From the IMG/VR virus record IMGVR_UViG_3300038463_000401: a stretch of DNA of 64,000 nucleotides. The stretch is one strand, 5' to 3'. The position numbers and the translations under genes were made by a program. Origin of the DNA: a virus. Below, piece after piece: positions 51,260-60,048 of this stretch. The notes beneath the pieces are model-generated. The model made no database searches. It saw nothing but the letters and a program-made list of their open reading frames with translations, and was not told where the DNA came from. Each line of letters starts with the position of its first letter. The stretch's first letter is position 1.

Positions 51260-52992
51260 CCAACCTCCACTTTCAAAGAAAGGTGTTCCTGCCGCACATA
51301 CGCCAGGAAATACTGCATGCCGCCCGTGACGTCGAGACTATCGACGAGGTCGGCGTTATCGACGAAAATGACCTTCGGTGCTTTCGCCCCCATGAGTTGG
51401 TTGAACTTGAGACACAGCATAATGTCTGCTTTGATCGCCGCGCCGGTGGACAGTATCCCGTAGGGAATGCCATCTCCACGGGTGACGGATGTTCCTTCTA
51501 ACGAGAAGGTATAACCGTCGATCGTGAGTTGCTCCGCGCGCAGCGAGAGCTCCTTTTGGGGGAGTCCCCCAATAGCCGCTTCGATACGTTCGTAGCGCTC
51601 GACTGCCAACGCCAGCGGCGCAGCCTTCTCAATCAACGAAGACATCGTGGCCGCGGCGCCCTCCTTCTGACGCACAGCATGTTCATACTGACCGACGGCG
51701 CGTTGGTGGGCTGCCAGTTGCTCACGTAGCCTGGATTCCTCCTCCGGAGAATACGGCGTAGTAGGCTCAACTGGTTGCGGGCCTACTTCCGGTGTCGGCC
51801 TGTCGACCAACCCAGCAATGCGAACGCGTAGCTTCTCTGCCGCAGCTGCCCTCATGGCGTTAGCCAGCTCAACAGCCCGACGCTGCTTGGTATTCTCCTC
51901 CTCTTCTTTACGAAGCAGGGCAATGCGCCCGGTGATGTCCTCGTTGGCTGCGCGAATAGCCGTCAGTTCCTCCTCGTATTTTGATTGGATCAATGCCGTG
52001 TCCGCCTTGACCTTCTCCCGATGCTTCGAGCCAACGACTTGGCCGCAGCAGGGACAGCGGTCCCCCTCGGGCAGGTTCAGTAACGCTGGCTTGGGCGGCA
52101 ACGGTTGAAGCCCCGCGGAGAGTTCGTCCTTCTTAAGACGATGGTCGACAACCGCGGGCACCGGCTGGATCTCTATCAAAGCGAGCTCCGACTCAGCCGC
52201 GGCGCGCTCCGACGCAAGGTTGTCGTTCCACGCGTTGACCTTGTCGAACTCAGCGACGGCTGCGTACCAGGCAGCGCGGCGATGCTTGTAGTCGTGCCAC
52301 AGCGCCGCGCGCTTAGAGAGGACCTCTAATTGCGCAGCAGCACCACACGGCGGCGGCGCGACGAGCTCGGCCTTCGCCATGACTTCGCACGTCGTGATCT
52401 GCCCTGCGAGCTTCGCGTACTCCGTGGCCACCGTTCTCCGCGTAGCGGATACCGCGGATGCGATAAGATCAGGCCGGCGGTTGAGGTTGCCGATCGTGAT
52501 CAGGTCGTTCTCGTCGAGTGCAAAGCCCACTAGTTCTTCGAGCAAGGCTCGACGATCTAGTGGGGGTAACACTTCGTTGAGAACCGCCCGACGCTTGTCC
52601 TCCGTCAACGTCATGAAGTACCCAGGCAGGAACGACGACAGGAACAGGTCTGGGGACGCGCCTAGGGCCTTTGAGAGCTGTTCCTGGCTGCAGGGGGTCC
52701 GAACCCCGTTGCGGATGATCGAGAGCGCAGGAGTGCCCTTTCTCTTGAGCACACGGGATATCGTCGTGCCCTTGTCCGAGGACACTTCGACCTTGAGGCC
52801 CTCGGCTCCATGAGAAATGAAGTGTGTGGGGTTTCGCGCACCGGTGGAGTCAGTTCCCGCATAGGCATAGCAGATGGCTTCCTTGATGCCGGACTTGCCC
52901 GCTTCGTTACGACCGAGTAACCTAGTTACTGGCCCAAACTTGTGCGTGGCGCTCTTTCCTCTGAAGTCTTCGATAGTTAGCTGCGTTAGCAT
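51256..52992 (-). CDS. Rad50/SbcC-like SMC ATPase
   Basis: LGRNEAGKS (Walker A), coiled coil with CPCCG hook, LSTG signature, IFVDNAD (Walker B). Confidence 0.85.
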   Translation of the reverse strand: MLTQLTIEDFRGKSATHKFGPVTRLLGRNEAGKSGIKEAICYAYAGTDSTGARNPTHFISHGAEGLKVEVSSDKGTTISRVLKRKGTPALSIIRNGVRTPCSQEQLSKALGASPDLFLSSFLPGYFMTLTEDKRRAVLNEVLPPLDRRALLEELVGFALDENDLITIGNLNRRPDLIASAVSATRRTVATEYAKLAGQITTCEVMAKAELVAPPPCGAAAQLEVLSKRAALWHDYKHRRAAWYAAVAEFDKVNAWNDNLASERAAAESELALIEIQPVPAVVDHRLKKDELSAGLQPLPPKPALLNLPEGDRCPCCGQVVGSKHREKVKADTALIQSKYEEELTAIRAANEDITGRIALLRKEEEENTKQRRAVELANAMRAAAAEKLRVRIAGLVDRPTPEVGPQPVEPTTPYSPEEESRLREQLAAHQRAVGQYEHAVRQKEGAAATMSSLIEKAAPLALAVERYERIEAAIGGLPQKELSLRAEQLTIDGYTFSLEGTSVTRGDGIPYGILSTGAAIKADIMLCLKFNQLMGAKAPKVIFVDNADLVDSLDVTGGMQYFLAYVRQEHLSLKVEVG

Positions 52993-53000
52993 CTCGTCCT

Positions 53001-53310
53001 TCCTGGTTATGGTAATTCTCCACCGGAATCCGAAAAAGACCTCACAGTGAACAAATAGGTGTATTTGCCAGTAACACTAGAGTGTTACGACAAATCCCCC
53101 GGCTCACGGCACTCCGTGGGACAGAAGGGGGGTTATGTGGAAATAAAAAATATTGATTCACGTTGAAGAAAAATATCTGAGTCTCATATGTGGGTTCTAT
53201 TCATATATATAAAAGTGAGTGTCTAAAACACTTTTATATATATATAATAACACTACTCTTTCTTGACCTCACGGCCTCACATGAGAGCCCTGTGAGTTCC
53301 GGTGGTTCCG
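53001..53310. other. Non-coding AT-rich palindromic region, candidate replication origin
   Basis: Perfect 15-bp IR at 53203-53217/53229-53243; further stems; CTCAC repeats; outer IR CCACCGGAA. Confidence 0.5.
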
Positions 53311-53320
53311 GGTGGAATGC

Positions 53321-53749
53321 CTACTTTTTAGACTCCTCGATCTTCTCAAGACTCTCGTCCAGGGTCTCAACCGCCTTCTTGAACTCCTCAGTACAGGGTT
53401 GATGCCCCGCTGCCGCTTTATTGATCAGGTCATCAGCTTGGTAATGTTTATAAAGTTGTTTGGCCATTTCACCAGACAGAACACCGGTGGCTACTAGCTG
53501 TACTACGGCGTTCACCCCGATCTCGGTCATCATCCTTCCCATGTCGTAAGGTTTGATAGCCATGACCTCGGCTGTAGCCTTTGCCGCAAGCACCTCCAGC
53601 ATCTTGATTTTGGTAAGTGTTGTGACCGCGCTGATCGCCACGTTTGGGTGCTCGTAGTGAACGGCCTTGTAACTCTCGACGATATCTGGTAGGGCGTTCT
53701 GGACGGCGGTTACTAGCAGTAATTGGATCTGTTCTGCCTTGCTCTGCAT
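53321..53749 (-). CDS. Hypothetical helical protein
   Basis: GGAGG RBS; GGTATAAG upstream. Confidence 0.55.
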   Translation of the reverse strand: MQSKAEQIQLLLVTAVQNALPDIVESYKAVHYEHPNVAISAVTTLTKIKMLEVLAAKATAEVMAIKPYDMGRMMTEIGVNAVVQLVATGVLSGEMAKQLYKHYQADDLINKAAAGHQPCTEEFKKAVETLDESLEKIEESKK

Positions 53750-53770
53750 GGTGGATTACCTCCACACGTC

Positions 53771-54373
53771 TTATACCTGATTGTTGAGGAACCGTCTGTA
53801 CTCTGGCATAGTCATGCTGAGAGACCCACCTGGGTCTTGCTTGCGTTTAGGAGCGACCTCGTCATGCCCAAGGACATTGTTGAAATCAAAAATGCCGTTG
53901 CCGTTGGCGTGAAGCCATTTGAGCAACGCCAAAAGCGACGTCTCCTGCGCAGCTGTGTAGATCTGATACGCGCCGGGCGTCTGGTTCTTCCCGTCGGGGA
54001 CGAACTGGCGGACTTGCTCAGGCGGGACGGCGACGTTGAACCAGGTTTCATGGACGCTGTTAAGTATGCCTGCGCAGGCAATTTCAATCCCGACAAGCCT
54101 GCTCGACAGCCACTCCCCGAGCCCCGGCCATGAGCTCTCCCCGCAGTGGTAGCCCCAGTGGTTGAGCGGGTGCGCCTGGTAGACGACGCCGGCAGAGTCG
54201 ATCAGCATGTAGGCGAAGTCGTTCCTGATCCCCAGCATGATGTCATCGTAGCCGGGACGCTGGACGCCAGCGGTGTAGTGAACGATCGCGCCTTCTGGGT
54301 AGCCTTTGGGGTAGGTGCCTTTGGTGGGCATCGGGGTAGCTAGACGCGTCGCGCTGGGGTACCACAATTCCAT
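53771..54373 (-). CDS. N-acetylmuramoyl-L-alanine amidase (amidase_2 type, probable endolysin)
   Basis: IVHYTAG, YHCGESSW, VGIEI, LGHDEVAP.RK.DPG. Confidence 0.88.
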   Translation of the reverse strand: MELWYPSATRLATPMPTKGTYPKGYPEGAIVHYTAGVQRPGYDDIMLGIRNDFAYMLIDSAGVVYQAHPLNHWGYHCGESSWPGLGEWLSSRLVGIEIACAGILNSVHETWFNVAVPPEQVRQFVPDGKNQTPGAYQIYTAAQETSLLALLKWLHANGNGIFDFNNVLGHDEVAPKRKQDPGGSLSMTMPEYRRFLNNQV

Positions 54374-54428
54374 GTTAGCTCCTTAACCTTTAATTTGGGT
54401 GACCAAAGTAAAGGTTATCCTAACAGCT

Positions 54429-54456
54429 AAAAAGAAACCCGGCATGTGCCGAGTTC
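54429..54456 (-). terminator. Intrinsic terminator upstream of amidase
   Basis: GAACTCGGCA-ca-TGCCGGGTTTC plus T run. Confidence 0.6.
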
Positions 54457-54470
54457 CTTTGGCGCGGCGC

Positions 54471-56315
54471 TTAACCCCAATAAGAGGTTATCCGCCACTG
54501 AACGTCTTCTTCATCGAACCCGAGCACCCTGGCGAGTTCCATCATGCGCGGGCCGGTGGCCTTTACGATCTCGATCATGTCCGTCGTCTTTACGATGAGC
54601 GACTCCCCGCGGTCGGCTTCCCAAGGTTTGTGCCCGGTGATAAGCCAGTGCACCTCGTCTTTACCGCAGGCGCTCGTGAAGTAGATGCCCTTCTTTGCCA
54701 GGTCACCCCAGTAAGGAATGACCTGATCCTCTAAGGTTTTCTCTAGTTCCTCTTCATCGACCTCGACGTCGATGATCCTCGCTAGCTCAGTCCAAACCAG
54801 CTTCGGGTTGTTGTGCTCGTCCGGCACGAAATACAGCCCGTAACCATAGATGCCATTTGTTGCAACGCCCATTACAGCCTCAAGTAAGTTGGTAGTTGGT
54901 TCCTCAAATCCTCGCATTTCTTTCTGTAGACCTCGGCCATCTTCGGATCCCCGTCGAGAATGCACCGCAGCTCATAAGATTTGTAGGTACAGAACGCTCT
55001 GAGCGTCCTGCCAATCTCTCTAAGCTCTTCGGGGTTCTTGCACTGACCGAGGCGATCTATAAACGGACGCATAGCTTTGCCCTCAGATCGTCGATCGTGC
55101 TGACCTTCGGCATCGGAGCCTTGAACGTCTTGTTCAGCCAGTACTCAGTGACCTTGATCGGTTTGAGTGTCAGTGGGTCAAGCTTGTTCGTCGTGGTGGT
55201 CAAGCACAGCCAGTGGGTCTCCGGCCGCCGCGCCATCGCGTAGCGGAAGAGGCAGCCGAGCATGATCGCCGCGTCCTTGCCAGTGCCCACGATCTTTGAG
55301 ATCGAGTCCCACAGGGCGACTACGTCTTTGTGCGGGCGCACACTGTCGTAGCCCCACATGATCCCGGCCTTGGTCCAAGCAATGCGTTCTACCAGCGCCG
55401 CGTCAATACCGGTATTGATGTGTCGCATTACATTGCGTCTGTCCGCCGGCGAGTTGTTACGCTCGTGGGCCTCGACGTAAATGTTGCTTGTAATACCAGG
55501 AGTGATGAGACGGCTGCCGCCGCCTGAAACGTCATACAGTGACATTGTTGTCTACCCCAAGTGCCCGACGGCACAGTCCTCGCATCATTGAAAGAAACCC
55601 CTCCTCGTGGCATTCCCAGTTCCACCCAACCTTCTTGGCGGTGGTGAAGAAACCGCCACCTGGGCCACCGATGCCCTTATAGCCAACGAACACGCACCAC
55701 AGAGGCCCGCCGCTCGCCGTGTTCAACTCTTGGAGTTTGAACAGGACTTGGTCGACCACCCGCCGGTCTATACCTAGTAGCTCGCGAAGGTCGTAGTACG
55801 TCACGAACTCGCGGCCACTTGCCACCTGAGCTTGGATGTACTTTTGGGTAACCTCCGCGGCAACCTTGAAGAGATCTTCTCTCATCCCCTTAAGATCGCT
55901 CATACTGCGCCGCCTCAGCTTCTCGTACATCCTGAAGTGGAGGCGAATGCTATCTACAAAAAGCGGGTCAATGCTTATTTCCATCCTTATCCCCTAAGCT
56001 CTTTAGAACGATCTTCTGAATGGCCTCGATGCTGTTCTTCATTACCTGCACCATCTGCACGTCGGCGGGGCCCACCTGGATGAACTCTAGGGCTTGACCG
56101 ACATTACCTGCCGCTGAGCGCAGGTCGTGGAAGTCCTTGCGGGACAAAAACATCCCCTCGTCAATCGCTTCGTTAACCGGGTCATCGACCTTGCACTTGA
56201 GACGCGCAAGGCGATGCTCTTCTGATGAAATTTGGCCTTGCACGTACAAGGCCGCTAACTGGTAATTGAAATCCGGCGGGGGCTTGGCGATAAGTTCTGC
56301 GAGTTCCGTGTCCAT
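54471..56315 (-). other. Five hypothetical CDS; 55532-55984 possibly winged-helix/ATL-like
   Basis: VTYYDLRELLGI...PLWCVFV...PGGGFF in 55532. Confidence 0.45.
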
Positions 56316-56412
56316 GTGTTGTCCTTTCAGACATCTAGTGTTAGCGAAAGGTCTTTATAACTCCATAATACTTATACCAAATTTGCTCTTCCCATTGGCT
56401 CAGCCAATAGGT

Positions 56413-56449
56413 AAAAGAAAACCGGTGCAGCATTGCTGCTGCACCGGTT
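56413..56449 (-). terminator. Intrinsic terminator after collagen-like gene
   Basis: AACCGGTGCAGCA-gcaa-TGCTGCACCGGTT plus TTCTTTT. Confidence 0.8.
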
Positions 56450-56463
56450 AAGGGAGAACAACC

Positions 56464-57369
56464 TTAAGGGACTTCGGCGTAGTGAAGCTTGCCGAAAGGA
56501 AATGTGGCGGGTAGCGTTGCTTGCGTGGCCATTGTCAGCGCACCAGTAATAGTGGTGGCTAAGGCCGCCTGGCAACCATTGTTGTAGTAGGAGTTGAAGG
56601 TCTTGCTCGTCGCAACAACTTCAGAGCCGGTGGTCTTCCACAGATGCGTACCATCATAGAAGCCGGTGCCAACAGGGATATCCGTAGGAGGGGCCTGCGT
56701 ACCACCGTTGCCTGAGTAGTTAGCTGCATAGCAAGTTCCAACGCAGTTGGTGGTGGTGAACATGCAAGTACCGTTATTGGAAGAGGCCCCGAAGTAAACC
56801 TCCGCGCCGTCCCACTCGCCAAGAGCCAGCTCTGTTTTGAAGTAGGTGCCGTCGGCCAGCATCATCGTGGTGTAGCCACTGTTGTCGGAGGCGTCAATCA
56901 CGTAGCCGATGAAGGTGCTGGCAGCGTTATACAGGCCGATGTAGCCGGAAGCACCAGCAGCGCCGGCCGCTCCAGTGGCACCGGCAGCGCCGTTGGTGCC
57001 GTTGGTACCAGCAGCGCCCGCAGCACCGTTGGTGCCGTTGGTACCAGCAGCGCCCGCAGCACCGTTGGTGCCATTCGTACCGTTCGTGCCCGCAACACCC
57101 TGAATACCTTGGATACCCTGAGCGCCGTTCGTACCTGCAGCACCAGTTGCGCCGGTCGGGCCAGTAGCCCCAACCGCGCCGTCGATGCCGTTCGCGCCGG
57201 TTGCACCAGTAGCGCCTTGCGCGCCCTGCGGCCCTTGCGGACCAACTGACGGAGTAGCCGACGGATCAGCAGCGCTAACCGCTGCGTTGACCACCGGGCT
57301 AGGAGTTGAATTGCTAGGAGCAGTACCACAGGCCGCCAGGAAGGCGGCAGAGAAGATGACGTTCTTCAT
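56464..57369 (-). CDS. Collagen-like lipoprotein
   Basis: MKNVIFSAAFLAAC lipobox (Cys14); ~34 Gly-X-Y triplets with a 36-bp internal repeat; beta-rich Cys-containing C-domain. Confidence 0.8.
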   Translation of the reverse strand: MKNVIFSAAFLAACGTAPSNSTPSPVVNAAVSAADPSATPSVGPQGPQGAQGATGATGANGIDGAVGATGPTGATGAAGTNGAQGIQGIQGVAGTNGTNGTNGAAGAAGTNGTNGAAGAAGTNGTNGAAGATGAAGAAGASGYIGLYNAASTFIGYVIDASDNSGYTTMMLADGTYFKTELALGEWDGAEVYFGASSNNGTCMFTTTNCVGTCYAANYSGNGGTQAPPTDIPVGTGFYDGTHLWKTTGSEVVATSKTFNSYYNNGCQAALATTITGALTMATQATLPATFPFGKLHYAEVP

Positions 57370-57622
57370 GGCGTACCTCATTTAGTTTATTGGTTTTTAA
57401 GACGATCGATTTCTTCTTGCAGAGCGGCATTGCGCTCTTCCAGGATTTTGACTGCGAACATTGCTGTATCTGCTGCGCGCTTGGCAGCATCTTTAAGCTT
57501 GGTAACCTCTGCCAGCAAAGACACTCCGCGAATATTGAGGCGGAGCTCTATCTGACGGAGCTCAACCTCGCTTAGTGTGTCGATGACGTCGAACAAATCG
57601 AGTAGAACTTGTTCGCGGCTTT

Positions 57623-58192
57623 TCATTGGCGCACCCCATGCGCAGCAAGTGTGTAACCAAGCTTCCGCTGGCACTCTTCCCGAAGTGGCTTGACTGTCTG
57701 GATCATCTGCTCAAGTGCTGTTTGGTACTTCCGCTCAGCCGCCAGCCGCTCATCCAGAAATTCTTTGGTAACCACAATCAGTGAATCGTCAACGATACCT
57801 AGTTCTTCTTGAACCTTCGTAACCGGCTTCAGGTTGTCCACTGAAGGTATTGGAGCGACCTCGCCGCTCCCACCGTTTGCAGGATCGGAGGTAGCCACCC
57901 GGCAATCGTGGAGGAAGAAGACTTCGTCACGAAGCTTTTCGGCAAAGTAATAGTTTGCCATCTCTTGCGAGCGTAGTTCGACTTCAGCACTTTTCTTGAT
58001 CTGGATGACCGCTTGGCCGTCGTCATTAATACCGATCTCGCCATAGGTGCTGTGTCCTTTTACGTTGAGGTTGGTGTCGTCGAGTTCCTTGGCTTGGTGC
58101 TGCGTGGCGCAGCCGGTTAAGTAGGCTAGGATAGGGCACAGAGCCAGGATCGTAATGGCCAGGCGAAATTGTAGGCGTTCTTGCTTGTTCAT
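57623..58192 (-). CDS. Lipoprotein with helical C-terminus
   Basis: ATG 58192 after GGAGAACAC; lipobox LTGC; CR...SDPANGGSG...KEFLDERL. Confidence 0.7.
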   Translation of the reverse strand: MNKQERLQFRLAITILALCPILAYLTGCATQHQAKELDDTNLNVKGHSTYGEIGINDDGQAVIQIKKSAEVELRSQEMANYYFAEKLRDEVFFLHDCRVATSDPANGGSGEVAPIPSVDNLKPVTKVQEELGIVDDSLIVVTKEFLDERLAAERKYQTALEQMIQTVKPLREECQRKLGYTLAAHGVRQ

Positions 58193-58242
58193 GTGTTCTC
58201 CCTTTGTTGTTAGTTCCACTAAGGCCCCGAAGGGCCTAGTGC

Positions 58243-60048
58243 TCACTTTAGGTGAGCTATCCAGACATCACCGAACTTGAATAGATGGTCTCCTGTCACA
58301 TTGTCATAGATACCTTGCCCATCCTTCCTGGCGGTGATGCCACAACTGTAACAGACGTACTTATCATCGTCCTTGGCGGAGACGCAGACGCTTTTGCAGA
58401 TGAGGCAACGGACGCCAACTCCACGTTCCACCAGACTAAGCGCCTGAGCATCGTCCGGTTCCTTAACGCCGCCGGACTGCAATAACTTACCCACCCGAAG
58501 GCTCATGGCGTAGTTGTGTTCCGGAGACAAATCCATCTTTAGTCTAAGTATGCGGTCAGTCATGTGTTCTCCCTTATGGTTTGATCATCTTAACGATATG
58601 CCCAGCACCAGGCACCAAATCGACGAGCTGCGAGAGGCCTCGTATTACGACCTCTTGCTGGTGATCGTCGAACGGTGGCGGTTGGGCGATGCCTAGCGTG
58701 GCACAGCTTGTTAGCCACATAGTCAGAGCCAACGCGATAAGAGGCCTCATGACTTGGCCTTCCGCTCCATCCGGCCCATCTCTTCAAGCAGGGCAACCGC
58801 GTACTTGGCTTGGTCTTGCCTCTTCATCAGGAGGCGGCTAAGTAGCCCTCCCACCAAACTCAGCACAAAGCTAACGCCGATCATCACCCAGAAGCCGTAG
58901 CGGTACCAGACTTCCCAGTAGACGAAGAGACTTACCGGGATCATGGCTAGCAGCGAGATTAAGTAGGCCTTCGGATAAGTACGCCACATGGCGATAAGCA
59001 CGACAAAAACCATGTTCATTGTGTTCTCCCTTATTGTTGTTTCACTAGGGGGCCCGAAGGCCCCATCGTTCAGTTACTGCTGGCGACCCGATTAGCCTTT
59101 GCAGCTATCCGAGCTTCCTTCTCCCGAGACTCCCGAAGCTTACGTTCCGTACGGCTTTCCTTACGGCGTTCCACAGCGTCACCGACGATCTCACCCATGC
59201 TGACGATGCAATGCGCCACGATCACCGAACAGACCGAGACGACCGCAATAGTCCACGCACCGGAGCAGATCTGGCTGGCCAAAGACACTTGATTGTTGTT
59301 TTCCACGACGCTCTCCCTGATAGGTTAAAATAAACAAACCCTTGTTTAGAAGAACTACCACAATGGTAATTCTTTCTTCATAGTCCTTATACCCAGAAAA
59401 GGGCTGTTTTTTCAGGATTTAGGGCTATTTGGGGCACCCCTATAATGGGTAAAAAAAGACCCCGAAGGGTCACTTTTTACCCACTAAAATGGGTCAATTT
59501 AGCTCTATTCGGGGAGTACCTGGCGGGGGTCCATAGAACAGCTTTCCGGTAGGAACCGGCCCTCCGGGCGGCAGCCTGGGGTCTTGCCCCATAACTAGCT
59601 CGCCCGGGTAGCGGGTTTTGTCCTCTAGCTGGACGATGTTGTAAACGAACTGCCAATATCTGGCGGGGTCTTGGATAGTCAGGCAGAGCGCGCGGAACGC
59701 TCCGGGGAGGGTGTTAACGTCTATCTTGCCTGACATGATGTCCGCGTATTGCGGATCACTTGGCAGGGTGTGGCGAAGAACGACCTCAGAGGTGTAGGAC
59801 ACCCGCTGAGGCCGTTTTTCCTGAACGAGGGCCTTCAGGCTATCAAGAACCGTCTCGCGGTCGGCGGCGCCCAAGGTGGGGTTTATGGTGTAAACCTCCG
59901 CCTTGGTGCCAAATACCGCCACGAACGTAGGTGGGTAGTACCCTCTCTGAATGATGGCTTTTGCCTCCTCATAGATGAAACTGATGAACTCGTCGACGTC
60001 TAGCGGCCGTTCGAACTGGATTTCCTTGCTTTCAAAATGAGACATCAT
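58243..60048 (-). other. Four hypothetical CDS (58243, 58747 2-TM, 59070 1-TM, 59494)
   Basis: RBS-preceded ORFs separated by UUCG hairpins. Confidence 0.55.
59451..59470 (-). terminator. Intrinsic terminator
   Basis: GACCC-TTCG-GGTC plus T7. Confidence 0.7.

Larger units (their letters stand above)
5884..59029. promoter_or_regulatory. Family of fourteen GGAGAACAC translation-initiation motifs
   Basis: Minus strand at 20072, 22420, 28618, 29041, 33114, 40512, 41818, 44467, 44814, 45200, 58193, 58564, 59021; plus strand at 5884; each 0-8 nt before a start codon. Confidence 0.8.
20104..59393 (-). promoter_or_regulatory. Family of nine GGTATAAG (-10-like) sites
   Basis: CTTATACC on + at 20104, 26503, 33384, 36538, 37799, 37888, 53770, 56371, 59386; all on one strand and at gene boundaries. 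Confidence 0.65.

Noticed and set aside
56990-57075. 36-bp tandem repeat as an independent element
   Set aside because: Explained by the collagen GTNGTNGAAGAA coding repeat.
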